Positions 51,575-64,000 of a stretch of 64,000 nucleotides of DNA are shown in pieces. Position numbers and translations under genes: made by a program. Below the pieces are notes generated by a model. It was given only the letters and a program-made list of their open reading frames with translations, made no database searches and was not told the DNA's origin. This stretch comes from Lama glama (taxonomy: Eukaryota): assembly GCA_028534125.1 (NCBI GenBank), contig CM052817.1, forward strand, positions 95,110,001 through 95,174,000, in the 5' to 3' direction. How positions within the stretch are numbered: position 1 is the stretch's first letter; every line of letters starts with the position of its first letter.

Positions 51575-54500
51575 CAGAATCAAGAGACAGAATTTAATAT
51601 ATGCACACAGTTTTATACGTAATGCAGCATCACACCGTGTAGGGCATTTACTCTTATTTTATACATTCAGGTATGTTCGAAACACTTCTTAAGGCTACAA
51701 AACAGAACATAGAAAAATAAACAGGAATATATTCAACACTTACAAAAAGTGATATGATAAAGAATATAAAGTACTATTTTCCTTTCAACACTTCAAAAGA
51801 TGTATATATACTTTTTTTTTAACAAGTAACATCACAAATGATCACATCTTCACATGCTTTTAAGTATTATTTGTACTCAGTGTAAGGCTATTATCATTTT
51901 TCATACATAAATTTTTCTCTAGCTCTGTAACAATGCAATTTTTAATCCATTCAAGTAAATTCAACCCCAAAGTTGCTGTTTCCCAGCATTAAGACATGCA
52001 CCCACCCCTCTTCTAGGATTTTCTAAAACTTCTATTTCAGCGGGGAGCAAATAAGTGGGAAATCCCAATTAGTGGGAGAGTAAGTGGCTGATACTAGTAG
52101 CAAAACCTTAGTTCTTTGAAACTGACATACTGGTACTGAGCCATTATTAAGAGTTTAAACAAAAACAATAGCATTTAGACACTGAACAGGAAGCAAAATA
52201 CGGTAAACAGAAATGGTGTAGCCAAATATGCATTCTCTTCAGCTGCACCAAAATGGACCTTGCTTAGTACCCATAAGTGAAAGACTAAGGTTGCCTCATC
52301 TAAAACTGTAGAATAAATGAGGCGTAAATAAATATTGCTAGTTTCTAGGATGGCTGAATGTTTTCTAAACCAGAAATGGCTAGAAAGGAACTTTATTGCA
52401 CCAAGTCAATCAGAAGCAAGTCTGCAGTTCACAGGCATTATTCAACCTTGAGTCACATAGGAAACACACTGCAAGAATATATAGAGTTTGCATCAAATAC
52501 GTTGTATCACCAGGGAAAACCTACTCCTGCCAGCAAGGCAGGGTCTGAGCTTAGGTCAGCCAGGAAAATGAACATACGGAATAGGAGGAGGACTACACAG
52601 ATGCTAGCATCCTGCTGCCAACAGGTACACGGAGCAAGAACTGAAGGTACGAGAGGAAATAAACTACAGGAGAAATACACATAATACTAAAAAGGAAAGG
52701 GACTGGAATCAAGTTTTAGCAAAAGCAACCAAAACCAAACAAAACAAAAACAGGTGAGCTTTGGTCATTCTAAACATTTGTTCTTCAAAATGTGTATGAT
52801 CCTAACAGTAAATTCCATAATTTCCAACTCAAAATACAAGTGATTCCCACTTCTTAACTTTTGCTTTTCTCTGAAACATTTTACCTCATGTCAGTATACC
52901 ATATGACTCAGTTAAAATGAAGACGGACAAAAGCTTGCTCGGCCCTACTTTGACCTCAGCCTAAGGCAAAAACCCCTGGACTTACATACTTAAAACAAAC
53001 CTAAAGGAAAAGAACAAAACTGACCTTCATACAAAGACTGATCATTTTGTAACTAATTATCAAAAGTCAGAGTTCTTTTATTCCAGTGGTCACTGAGGAA
53101 AGTACCAACTGCTGAAGTTCTCTTTCTGCACTGTTTCCATCACGTCCTGGAGGTGAGCATGGGAAACAGGAAGCACATACGTGTTTCCTTCAGGAACTGT
53201 ACAGAGTATTCTGTTACTCAGCTGAGGTAAGACAGAGTGACAGTGAGGGAATAAACAGTATTCTTTCCTGCCCAAGTTTTAAACATTTCCAGAAGAAACC
53301 GAGAAGATCAAATCCCAGTCAATAAAACAAAGGACACTGGAAACAGTGACTTCTTTTGGACTCCTGAGATCAAACTTACACTGAACTTTTAAATCTCGTC
53401 ATTATATCTAAGTGTAATTTTCATAAAAGCATCAAGTTAATCGACTCTACATAGAAAAGCATGAGCTGAAAGTGGAGGACCCCCTAATCTCTTTCCATAA
53501 CAACTGTTGATGTTAACTAAGAAAAAATTTGCTTCAGAAGTACCTTCCCCCGTTGTTTGAGCTGAAGAGGTGACAACAGAAATGCCTTTCAACGGGTTCT
53601 CTCCAGAATTTTTCTTTTTTCCACACAACCACCCAGTCTTAACAAATTTTTACCTAGCACCATCATAATAAAATGTTATCTTTCAAAGTGCTCTCTAAAA
53701 TCCTATGTTACAAAACATCTAAACACTAATCACTACTCAAATCAGCAGTTACACAGACGTTAGGTAATTAAAACAACACAGAGGTAAATAACCATTATTA
53801 CAGTACAGTGGAGATTGACTGAGCCTAGCTGGCATCCAAACATTCCTGTAGGTTATCAGAGAACCCAGAAAACTCATCTGCTTCGGTTTGTCAAATTCAA
53901 GTGAATTGTATCTGCTTTTAAAGTAATTTGCTTTAAATTAAAAAAAACGAAAGTCTACTTTTGGCTAGGTAATATATTACACATGGCATGCAAAGAGAAA
54001 TTACAACATTATTTGCATAGCACTCAAACTTCCTGATCAAAAGAGAACATAAAAAAGGGTAGATTTTCACATTGGTATGTACAAATAAGAAATACAAGCT
54101 ACAGTTATTTTTACACAGTAACACAGATGAACGAATACTGTGTTAATTCAGAGAATCAAGTCTCCAAATGGGAACAGAGTGCAACATGCAAAGGGGACGC
54201 CTAGTGAATACTGCAGAGACTGAAGGAAGCGGGACAGAGACGTCACCAGAGGGGCAACAAGCTCTCAGATGCAAAGCAAATCCACTGTCTAGCAGCATCC
54301 TCTAGAAAAGAACTCAAAAGTCACAATCATCCTTTTCTGTACAATAGTTCCAGCCGTGACAGATTGAACATGCAAATGTAAAGTGGTACACACAACTGAT
54401 GGTGCAAAGAGAAAAACAAAACACAGTAACTCTATAGAAACCTGTCAAGCTAAAAAGTTTTTAACAATTCTTCTCACAAAATATTTAAATCTGTCAGTGC

Positions 54501-55381
54501 ATTAGTGTTAAAGTGGCATTAAAAAAACTTCTGCAGTTTTAACAGATGCAGATTATTTTCAAAATGCATAGCATCTACATTTCTTTCGAGTAGGCACCAT
54601 GATATTTACACCAGTGCTAAGAATTCTTGGTGGGAACAGCCATTTCATTAGATTTCCTGTTACTTCTTAAACATCTATTCTTGTATGCAATCTCAAGTTC
54701 AACACTCACTCACCAAAATTCAAAAATATACCCTATGAATATTAAAAGAACTATATACAACATTTCTAAGACACAGGTTAATAGGCTGCCTTATGTGTAA
54801 TATTAAAGAGAAGACATTATTCAAGTTTGACAGATATTGAGATGAAAGGCCTTTGGGTTGGAAGCATTTCAAAAGACAACAGTGTTTTAGGCTAAGAATT
54901 GTTTGAGCCCAGTTTATGACTAAGGCATTGCATAATAAAATATACATTTCTATTTGGTGCAATATTATGTTTTGGAATCTATAGTGTGTCAAATGGTTTA
55001 TTTTTATCACTTTAGTAAACACTATAAAGCACACATTTCCAACATTTGAAATTAAACTTATATAAGGAAAAAACCAAACACTAAATCTATGTTTTATATT
55101 AAGCTGTTTATAAAAAATACTTTAACAAACTTATTCTCTACTTTTTATGGGGGCAGTCACCCGATAAATAGATTGTGAACGAAGAAAAATGGCAACACCA
55201 GGAATTTACCTGCCTCCTTGAACACATATCCAAAATCTCTTGTCCAGAATGAGAGTGAGGCTAAAGGGGGAGGGGAGGAGAGCGTTCCAATTTGGGTTTT
55301 TATTTTAATGTAATTTTTAAAGCCTTCAGAAACATTCCACCTAAGAAAGGGTTTCTGCTCCAGGACACCACAGCAACACCA
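51575..55381 (-). other. OTUD4: OTUD4 long 3' UTR (~3.8 kb)
   Basis: Between the stop codon and the ATTAAA signal; no recognisable interspersed repeats; many miRNA seed and Pumilio motifs. Confidence 0.78.
51593..51598 (-). terminator. Polyadenylation signal of OTUD4 (ATTAAA)
   Basis: Minus-strand ATTAAA followed by GU-rich TGTGGTTCTTTGGTTCTAGTGTTTT at the end of a repeat-free UTR-like block. Confidence 0.7.
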
Positions 55382-56593
55382 TCAAGTGTGCTGTCCGCGA
55401 TGGCCGTCTCCCATCCCTGATCTCCTCCTGTCCCCCCGGTACGGCCGACCCCGGACGTTCCGATGGTACTGATAACCCTCATCGCGGCTCCTGCTCGGCT
55501 GCCCCTTCCAGGACTCCTCGCTCCTGGCGTGCTGATACCCGCCCCGGCCAGCATAGCCCCAGTCGCTTTTGTACTTCCTGCCTCCGTAAGTCTGGTTGTA
55601 GAACTGCTTGGATCTCCCACTTTTCAGAATATTCGACACTTCGCTCTCATCCTCCGAACTCTCTTCTTTTGGTCTCTGCACTCTGTTATCCACAGAGTTG
55701 GCCCCACTGACCACATCAGCAGCAGTCTTAGGATCTTTCGCTTTTTCTGGTTTTTCCTTCAGGTTTGGAATGGTCCTTTTAGGCTCAAGTTCAACAGGCA
55801 CAGTTTCCCTCTCTCTGTTTAAAATCTGAGTGGGAGGATGAGCCTTCCCCTCTGCTCCAGGAGGGATGGAAGCCGACGCCAGGGCTGCCTTGGGCGTCTG
55901 GGACGACTGCTCCGCCCGGCCTTCGTGCTTGCTCACACCTGCTTCAGGGAGACAGTGTGTGTCTTCACCTCTGGCCTCCGGAAATTCATCCACTGCGGAA
56001 ACTGAAGCACATTCTTTTGACAGATCCAGATTTTCCAGGGGCACGTCTAACTCTCCTTTCTCATCAGAGGGCAGAACAACATTCTGCCGCATTACTGGAT
56101 TTTCTATGAATCCCTGAAAAGGGTACCCATACCAAACGGGAGGAAAGAAAGGAGGGGCGATGGGAACTGGGCCTAAGAACGGATTCGGTCCAAAGGATGG
56201 CTGTGGAAACAGGTTCTTGCCGCTTAGTGACTCTTCATATTCAGCATGAAGAAGCTGCCCAGAGTTGTCAGATTCAAGGTCTGCCTGATAAGACAACTGT
56301 CCATGACTTTCAGACACCTGAGATGGGGGGATAACCAGAGGTGAAGAAAATGGCGGTGGTCCAATCTCTGCCTGTGGCATCTGACCATTAACGCTGGCCT
56401 CGGTCTGCATGGGAAAATGGGCATCCGGACAGGTACAATCACTTTCATTCTGAGCAGAAGGAGCTTCGTGGAACCAAGGATTTTGAGGATACGTAGGGAC
56501 AGGGACCTTTGGGTACATCCTGCAGGCTGCCAGGTAGGCCTGATGCAGAGGGTACAGGTAAGAATGTGGGGCCCACATTGGACAACTATATGC
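55382..56593 (-). CDS. OTUD4: OTUD4 (OTU deubiquitinase 4) last coding exon, 1212 nt including TGA
   Basis: AYSCPMWAPHSYLYPLHQAYLAACRMYPKVP...GMGDGHRGQHT*; acceptor AG at 56594-56595; Pro-rich region and RGG-type C-terminus. Confidence 0.96.
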   Translation of the reverse strand, partial: AYSCPMWAPHSYLYPLHQAYLAACRMYPKVPVPTYPQNPWFHEAPSAQNESDCTCPDAHFPMQTEASVNGQMPQAEIGPPPFSSPLVIPPSQVSESHGQLSYQADLESDNSGQLLHAEYEESLSGKNLFPQPSFGPNPFLGPVPIAPPFFPPVWYGYPFQGFIENPVMRQNVVLPSDEKGELDVPLENLDLSKECASVSAVDEFPEARGEDTHCLPEAGVSKHEGRAEQSSQTPKAALASASIPPGAEGKAHPPTQILNRERETVPVELEPKRTIPNLKEKPEKAKDPKTAADVVSGANSVDNRVQRPKEESSEDESEVSNILKSGRSKQFYNQTYGGRKYKSDWGYAGRGGYQHARSEESWKGQPSRSRDEGYQYHRNVRGRPYRGDRRRSGMGDGHRGQHT

Positions 56594-56606
56594 CTAAAAG
56601 AGACAA

Positions 56607-56641
56607 AAGACAAAACAAAACAAAACAAAACAAAACAAAAC
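56607..56641. repeat. (AAAAC)n microsatellite within the polypyrimidine tract of the last OTUD4 exon
   Basis: Direct reading. Confidence 0.85.
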
Positions 56642-58042
56642 AGTAAGATAAACTAGAAAGGGGCATCGGGGCAGAAAAGGAGCTTAGAGTGGGCTCGAGG
56701 TAAATTTTTCATGCCTGAAAAGACCATGTAAACTGCAGTACAAATACCAGACCACTGTGATATGCAACACAAAAAGGAATTACAAGATTAAGTCACTGCT
56801 CAAGACTCCATTCCTCGTTCCTATCCTGAAACCAACCCAACGTCCTGACATAGAGGTCCGATAAAAGATAAAATAATGAACCCACAAATTAATCATGATC
56901 ATGAATTCCATACTTTAGATACAATCGCATAGAAATAATCTAGGGTGATGCAGACCGCAAGAACCACCACCATCAAGCAAGCACTTGAGCCTCCAACTTC
57001 TGTATCTCCATCACGGGCTGTTTGCCTTGACCTAAGTTTGTGTTCTGGCTCTGCCACTAACTCTTCGTGTGACCCCATGCCAACTTGTTACCTAGCCTGG
57101 ATCTACCAGAAAACCGCTGGTATGGGAGTGATGATTCCCCAACAGTAGGACTCCACAGTCCTAGGAGCCCATGAAACACTCCATCTGCAAGGATCAAAGT
57201 TAGACCTCTGGTCACAGAAAGGTAAATACTGAAAATGAAATACTCCAAATCTTTCCCCTGCAAAAGGTTCAGCTAAACACCAAAACACAAAGACAAATTT
57301 ACCAGTTAACTGACTAACCAACCAACTAGCTACACCCAGTGTTAACTAGATAAACATAAAACCATGCAATGAATGCAATAGATGGGGAATTAATCAAGTC
57401 TCCTTTTATGAATTAGTCAGTAGGCTACACTAGGGCACTTAATTTCAAATTTCAACGGCCTAGAATCCACAGAAATGAATCCAGGACAGGAGACGACAGC
57501 ACACTGACAAGAACGGAGCTCTCCAGTCTCCGTCTAAGAGACGCCACCTCCAGGCTGACCACCTGCCACAGGGACCTCTCTGCCAGTGAGTTCCGCCTTC
57601 CACAGGAGCACCTTCACCTGTGACCTCCTTTCAACAACTGAGGCATCATCCCGTAAATGAAACAAGCCAGGCTCAGACACCCAGAATGATCTGCCCGGGG
57701 CCGCACAGCTAAACCGGGCAGGAGCCCAACTCCAAACCCAGACCTCTCACTTAATTCCTTGCAGAGACGCTTCCACTAGGCTGTTTCCAGAACACAGTCA
57801 CAGGGCTAAACCACTGCCAATTAAAGGGAAAAGCAAGCAAATACTGGAGCCTCAACAACCACCAAAACAACAATAACAACAACAAAAACTCCACAACACG
57901 GAAAATGCTAGTTCTTAAAATAATGAGATTGAGTAAGCCTTAGGTTATTGGCCGACAGTAAGAATTACGAGCATATTTAAACTGTGATAATTTTAAACAG
58001 TGTTAACTTAAAAATAACTTAAAAATGATAGAATGTAAATAC

Positions 58043-58083
58043 CTTTACACCGAGATTGAAGAAGAATCGAAGAATGTTCTTAT
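58043..58083 (-). CDS. OTUD4: OTUD4 exon, 41 nt
   Basis: (D)KNILRFFFNLGVK; AG/GT ends, phases fit. Confidence 0.94.
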
Positions 58084-59085
58084 CTGAAAATAAGTAACAC
58101 AGTAATCACTCACTAAAATTATACATTCAAAAAGCTTTTTTCATTATCCTCAAATGACATACACAGTTCTAAAGTTAATTTTGCCTACTTGAATTGCTTT
58201 CTCTAGCCTGTAATATAAAACATAGATTAAAAACTGTAATCTAACCAAAACCAGGCTCCATTATTGTAGGGTAACACCAGGTTCAATATGCTTTATCTAT
58301 GCTGACATTCAAGTTCCCAAAATGGCTTAAAATGAGATTTTGATATGATTAAATCTGTGCAAAGAAAACTCAGGTGTTCACTGTATTTCTTTTTCAGCTT
58401 CTTTGTGGAGTTTAAAACATTATGAAATAAAGATGTTGGGGGATAAGGGTGAAAATCAGCATAAACCTAACTCATGAATGAGATTAGCCCAGACACTCAC
58501 TTGACATTAGCCAGTTACCCCAAGATTCAAGCATCAAACCACTGACTAATAAAACAAAATTATCCACAAAAATCCAGGTAAAGAGCACACGAGCCCCTGC
58601 ATTACGCTTTCAGCTGTTCTACAGATAGGAAATCTTGCAAAGTAAAATTTTAAAAAATGTTTAAAGAATCCTTAAAAAATACATTATTGCATGTACTACC
58701 ACAACAGCTATTACATATTATATTCATTCTCTTCTGTAATTTTTTCATAAAGTGTAACATAATGAATATGAGCAGTTCCAAAAACCAAACACTGATGTGA
58801 AAACTCAGTAATGTTTAGTTATTAAGATTTAATTCAAAATGGATTCAAGCTGTTTTTGAAAAAAATGACACCAGGGCCAGAGGTAGTTACTAAACATACA
58901 AAATACTCCAATCAAACAGGAGCTGGAACTGGAGAGAGTGAATGACCAGCCAGACCTCTGCTGTCCTCCCCAAGCAGTCCTTCGGCTTACTCAGCAACAT
59001 GATCTCTGACCTCTACTTACATTTCCCACCGCACCTGCTTCAGTACTTGATGATAAATCAACCTGCACTTGGAGAAGGGCCTCAC

Positions 59086-59346
59086 CTTTAGGCAGGTCCT
59101 CCCCAGTGTGACACAGTGAGTAAGGTGGTGCAATGGCTCGATCTCCCTTTTCATTACAAGGAAACCCAGGATAGAGTGGGTCTTGGTAAAGGCTCAGCGT
59201 CTGAGGCAAAGGCATCAAGGGCTGGTTCACGGCTTGTATTGACACAGGAACTGGAGAGGGTGTTAAGTGAGCTTGGGACACAGCAGAATCAGGTCCAGTG
59301 GTCAGAGTCTGTGTCACTGACAAAACGGGAATTGGAGCAGGGACAC
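59086..59346 (-). CDS. OTUD4: OTUD4 exon, 261 nt
   Basis: (G)VPAPIPVLSVTQTLTTGPDSAVSQ...YSLCHTGEDLPK(D). Confidence 0.95.
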
Positions 59347-59916
59347 CTACAGAAGAGAGGGAGAGGAATCAGAAGACTATAAACAGGCAAAAATAATTGT
59401 TTTACAAATGTAACTTCACATTAAGCTAAAAAATAAAGAATGGTATACAATTATAGAGCTGGTAACAAGGTGTGGACCTAAGCGATCTAAAGTACCTCTT
59501 ACATCAACCAAGGAGTCTCCTGGAAACACAGGAGGAAATGAGCTCAGAAAACGAGCTTTGAATCAGTGCCTTCTAATAACAGCTCGTATGAACAGTGTAA
59601 GACACAGAGCCTGGCAAAGGGCTCGATGGGGGCCCCCCGAGAGCTGGTCCGGGGTCAGGGAAGGGGGGAGACTGTGCTGTCTTGCTCCCAAGACTGAGGG
59701 CCTATTTCGGATGAGTACTAAATGAACCCAGCCCTTCCCCACTGGAAGCAGCGCAGCACAGCAAAGCGCAGCACAGCGCAGCGCAGAGGACCACAGGAAG
59801 CTCTGTGTGGCTTCCCACACCGCCTGCTCTGAGGCCAAGCTCACACTCAAGAATCTGAAGTCTCTGACTTGGAAGGCATCACAGGTTGGTTCAAATTTTT
59901 AAAATTCTTATCTAAC

Positions 59917-60055
59917 CTGTTGGTCCAAAAGTTGTCGATTCGCTTGGCCAGGCTGGCACAGTGGCTGGTAGAGAAGGCACCGCAGGAGTTAGATGTACCT
60001 CGGGAGACACTAGAAGGGGAGCTGGACTTGACAAAGACACGTGTTCTGCTGGCTT
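59917..60055 (-). CDS. OTUD4: OTUD4 exon, 139 nt
   Basis: KPAEHVSLSSPAPLLVSPEVHLTPAVPSLPATVPAWPSESTTFGPT(G); tandem AAG-AAG acceptor. Confidence 0.93.
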
Positions 60056-61012
60056 CTTCAAGAAGACAGGGTGGAAAAAGACAACAGTTCATTTTGCTTA
60101 ACACTCACTTAACCGTCAAATGTACCTTGAGTTGCCTGCCTTCTATATATACAACTGCATTTTCTATAAATGGTCTTTCTGAAGTCTAAAACATAAGAGA
60201 AAAAAACACAGTAACTGAAACTTCCACACAAATAAATTTGATCCTAACCAGGGATTGCCCACTGAAAGTCACAGAAGTCACTGGCAAGGTTAGAAACAAA
60301 CTGAAGCAAACAACACAATGCTTTTAAGCCAAGGAAGCAAAATCCCTGAAATCACCTTGAAATCCATGAATTATTTAGAATAGCTCCTCACACAAAGAGA
60401 TAACATCAAACTATATGCTTTCTACCCAACATGAAGGATGTTAGCTGAAACGCACGGCTAAGAACTTTCTCTGCTCCTGTACTCGACTAGCAACCAAAAT
60501 GTCTGCTAGAACTTGGGTCCCTTCACCATCAAATCTGTAAATAGGCGGGACTGCATTTTAGATGTGTTTTTGTAGTCTCTTTAATCATTAAATTCCCTCT
60601 CTTCTAGGAAATAATAGTTAAGAATGCAGACAACTCTTTGAAATCAAGTAGAAATTTGTAATTTCCCTTCAAAAATCTGATTTTTCAAGCCAACCCACCA
60701 CAAAGGTTGATACAAGGTACCAAATATAAACTTATTCAAAGTCAATTCAGAAGAATGGCTTCTGTGTCCAGAAAGTAGTGATTACAAAAATAACATTACA
60801 TTAAAACTGAGAACATTCTAGACTAACAGCAGAATTACACTATAATCATAACTGCATCCAAATGTTGATACTAGAATAAATTCTTCCATCTCCTTTATTT
60901 TGTTTTTGTTTTTTTTTTTTAAGCTTTTTTGTTTGTTTTTAAACGATCATACAAAAGAGTTAAGAAACCCAGAAAATGAAGCATTTAATGTCAAATGCAA
61001 CAGTGCACTTAC

Positions 61013-61093
61013 TTGTTCTGCAGGAGGTGGGCACTCTAATTTCTTTGACTTTGATGGTGATGAAATCCTTGAACATTTATCATTGCTAATATT
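61013..61093 (-). CDS. OTUD4: OTUD4 exon, 81 nt
   Basis: NISNDKCSRISSPSKSKKLECPPPAEQ; donor GTAAGT. Confidence 0.92.
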
Positions 61094-61575
61094 CTTTGGA
61101 AGGAAAAAGAAAAAAAAAAGGGTAATTTTATATTTCAAAGACCCACATTCTAGGGTAACCACGGTTGCCCTGACAATTCGCCCTCCCTGCATCTGACTGA
61201 ACCCTCACATGAGTGAGTATTTTTTCAATTGTATCTGGTCTTCAACAGATTTTGCCTGCACATCTTTATCATATCAAACTACTGGGCAGTTTTCACTGGG
61301 TGCATGGTTTCAAACAGCACTTTTCCTTTAAAAAATCTCAGATCTACTAGAGAGTAATGGAAAGTAAGCTACCTTCCACCAATCCAGATAGGTCCAAATG
61401 TACTCAAGAGGAAACGGTCATCATTTGTGAGTGAATTCTCCTCAGGGACTGTTTCTTCCCGCTTTTCTATTTCCCTAACACTTTGTTACAAAGTGATGAC
61501 ATCACCCGCACCTTCTACATTACCACAGCGGTAAGGAAAGAAGAAAAGGATGCAATAACTATTTAAAAGCTTTAC

Positions 61576-61631
61576 CTCCAGCGTGCCTGGCTCAGGTTTT
61601 TTATCCAAGGGAACATGTCCATGGACAGAAT
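61576..61631 (-). CDS. OTUD4: OTUD4 exon, 56 nt
   Basis: (D)SVHGHVPLDKKPEPGTLE; AG/GT ends, phases fit. Confidence 0.9.
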
Positions 61632-61918
61632 CTATAACAGATCAAGACCAAAAAGACCACGTCAGCCACTAGCCAGGTGTGAGGAAAGAACAACAAAATG
61701 TGGAGACAGAGAAAACTAAGAGCACCATCTGAAGCGTGTTCAGTCAGTGAATAGTATGGTTTTCAGAATAACACAACATGCTTGCTTTGCTTCTCTGTAA
61801 CAGCGAGACGTGACAATGAACTGCTTAAGCACTTAAGAAGCAAGCTCTTTTCCCCATATATGACTTTAAACCCAAAGCAGACCTGAAGCACCCGCCTTCA
61901 GATGATGCGATGGCATAC

Positions 61919-62042
61919 CTTTATCTTTCCGCTCTTCGGGATCCGTCCTCCGTCTGCCTCCTTTTCTATCGCTCACGTGGGATGACTTTCTCTGGATACC
62001 CGGGTTGCTACTCGGAGAAGCTGACTGACTGACTGCTGAGCT
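61919..62042 (-). CDS. OTUD4: OTUD4 exon, 124 nt
   Basis: SSAVSQSASPSSNPGIQRKSSHVSDRKGGRRRTDPEERKDK(D). Confidence 0.92.
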
Positions 62043-63797
62043 CTTTAAAAAAAAAAACAAAACCCAACACTTTGTGCTAAAGATTTACCCACAAATACAC
62101 GAACAAAAGTCTTCTAGTTAATCTTACTCATAAAACATCTGACTGAAAATCTCAAAATTCACAGCCTTGTTGTTTATACTTCCAAAACCACAAAAAACAG
62201 GACCTAGGGTTCATATCATATACTCTGTAAATTGGCTTATTAGGCAATCAGACACTCGGCCTAAACTAGAAATAAGACTTCTTCAAGTCACCATGTTTCA
62301 GGAAGCCACCCTGACCAAACCTTCAGCCTGCGACTTACCCTCCATTCTCACAAAGAACAGCACCCTCCACACCAGCCTTCACAGGCAGCCCTCGCACAGC
62401 CACAGTCCTTGGTGGGGAAAAAGCCCCAAGTGCAAACTGGCAGTGCCCTACAGGGCACTAGGACTCCTATTGCTGAAATGCTACTGACCGTCAGCAAATC
62501 ACCCAAGCTCTGGTGCAACACAGGGACTGGAGTGAGGCAGGCTGTTCGGCTGAACTATCACTGCAGGTCCCTTCCTCTTTAACACTCTCCGGGTAAACGC
62601 TGCACGCGGCTGAGAAAAGAACCTCAGCCCTCTGTGCCGGGAGTTTTCCGAAGACAAACCTGAGTCACTGTCAAGTCCAAGACAGGATCAAACGCCTATC
62701 TAAAAACAGTGAGTTATGAAGGCTCCATTTTAACAATCAAAAAATCTCAGGATTTATTTCAACATTACAGTTGTTTCATTCACTAAATGAAAAAAGGATA
62801 TAAAGCTATGAGTAGAAGCTTAAATGCTTTGTAATTTTTATTATCTAAATATAATGGGAAAATAACCTATATCACAGAGAAAAGTATACTTAAAATACAG
62901 GCCATGCCTAATTCACATATGGATTTGGGCACTTTTTCCAGTAACTCCTTAGCTCTAACCTCTGTGCCAGCTGTTTTCAACTGAGCATCTCACACCTCTG
63001 AAGGATTCCAGAGACCAGAGGACAGAGAACTGGGTGTGGGGGCACTTTAATGTTTTATACTGGTAAACTGGGTAGCCCCCTGAAACATTCAATTCTGTTT
63101 GCTCAATCCACTGTTAAGAAAGTGTTCCAACCACCACTCTGCATCTCAGGTCACTTGGTTCCACTTACCAATACATCTAAGACCACAGGCACAGGACTCC
63201 CAGCACCCCAACCCGAATTAATTACCTTGCCCTGTGCTGCCAATGACCCCTCCTCACAGAGCACTTACGTCACTCTACACGAGGACTGTTCTCCCTTCTG
63301 ACTCCCGTAAAAGGAATCAGAAACCTAAAGGGAGAGAACACTTATCTCACCAGAGAAGCATCCCTCAGCCCAGGCCTGCCACCCGGACAAGGGCAGCGCC
63401 ACAGGACGGCATGGACCACCGTCCCCGCCAGTGCCCGTGCTGTCCTGTCTGCACGTGTGAGGCTGCTCTTCCTGGGCCCTGGTATGCTTAGTAAGGAACA
63501 CTGAAAACGAGTTTCCTGATTTTGCAGACATACCTTATTAAATGAATTGTGAAACTCCAATGCTCGTTACTGTCTCTCGCAAAAAACAAACGAGTTTCAG
63601 TTCAAAAGTAAATACTAAACTTGAAGTGAGATAACCAGTTCACTTGCCTCAACTCTGCCACAACTAGTAATAACCTTAGACCGGATCGTCCTCGTGAAAA
63701 TGAAAAGAGGGGCAACTGCACGATCTTCAAGGCGTCTTTCAACTCAGGGAGACTTCTGAAGGATAATGTTTAAATTAAAACCCTTTTATATACATAC

Positions 63798-63960
63798 GGA
63801 AAGGGCCGGGAAAGCCTGTTCATCTCTGTTCTGAATTTCATAGAGTAACCGAGATTCCTCTATAGCTTGTTTCTCTCTGCGCTCTTCCGGAGAGAGGCCG
63901 AAATAGTTAGATTCTCGAATCGTGGGGTCAAAATCCTCCGCTCTCTCACGATCAGGTTTT
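63798..63960 (-). CDS. OTUD4: OTUD4 exon, 163 nt; upstream exons lie outside the window
   Basis: (R)KPDRERAEDFDPTIRESNYFGLSPEERREKQAIEESRLLYEIQNRDEQAFPALS. Confidence 0.94.
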
Positions 63961-64000
63961 CTGTCAAATAAAATATTCTTGTCACACACAAAAAAAAACC

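Noticed and set aside
54243..54258. Second CTCF-like string TCACCAGAGGGGCA
   Set aside because: Spacing is one base off the core consensus
55300..56656. Several ORFs overlapping the last OTUD4 exon (e.g. 55463-55822 +, 56224-56628 -)
   Set aside because: Antisense or alternative-frame shadows of a GC-rich coding exon; no independent gene signals

Overview
Mammalian (probably cetartiodactyl; camelid is a weak guess) genomic DNA with the conserved ANAPC10-ABCE1-OTUD4 cluster. ANAPC10 is on the minus strand: coding exons 2-4 are present and the last exon lies left of the window. It shares a CpG-island bidirectional promoter (~19.5-20.5 kb) with ABCE1. ABCE1 is complete on the plus strand: 17 coding exons with GT-AG junctions join in phase to 1800 nt (599 aa + stop). 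The last 8 coding exons and ~3.8 kb 3' UTR of OTUD4 (minus strand) converge on ABCE1 tail to tail. Notable accessory content: (i) a full-length 2.3 kb fossil piggyBac transposon in sense within ABCE1 intron 13, with TTAA target duplications, terminal and subterminal inverted repeats, a decayed transposase, and splice and poly(A) signals; (ii) a 4.7 kb class I endogenous retrovirus (LTR-PBS-gag-pro-RT-RNase H) filling ANAPC10 intron 2; (iii) an extra cysteine (apparent P43C) in the ABCE1 Fe-S domain; (iv) two hAT elements inserted back to back in one 8-bp target; (v) a probable retroposed orphan 3' UTR fragment. Repeat family names and comparisons with human proteins are from memory and need database confirmation. 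I found no intact novel protein-coding system.
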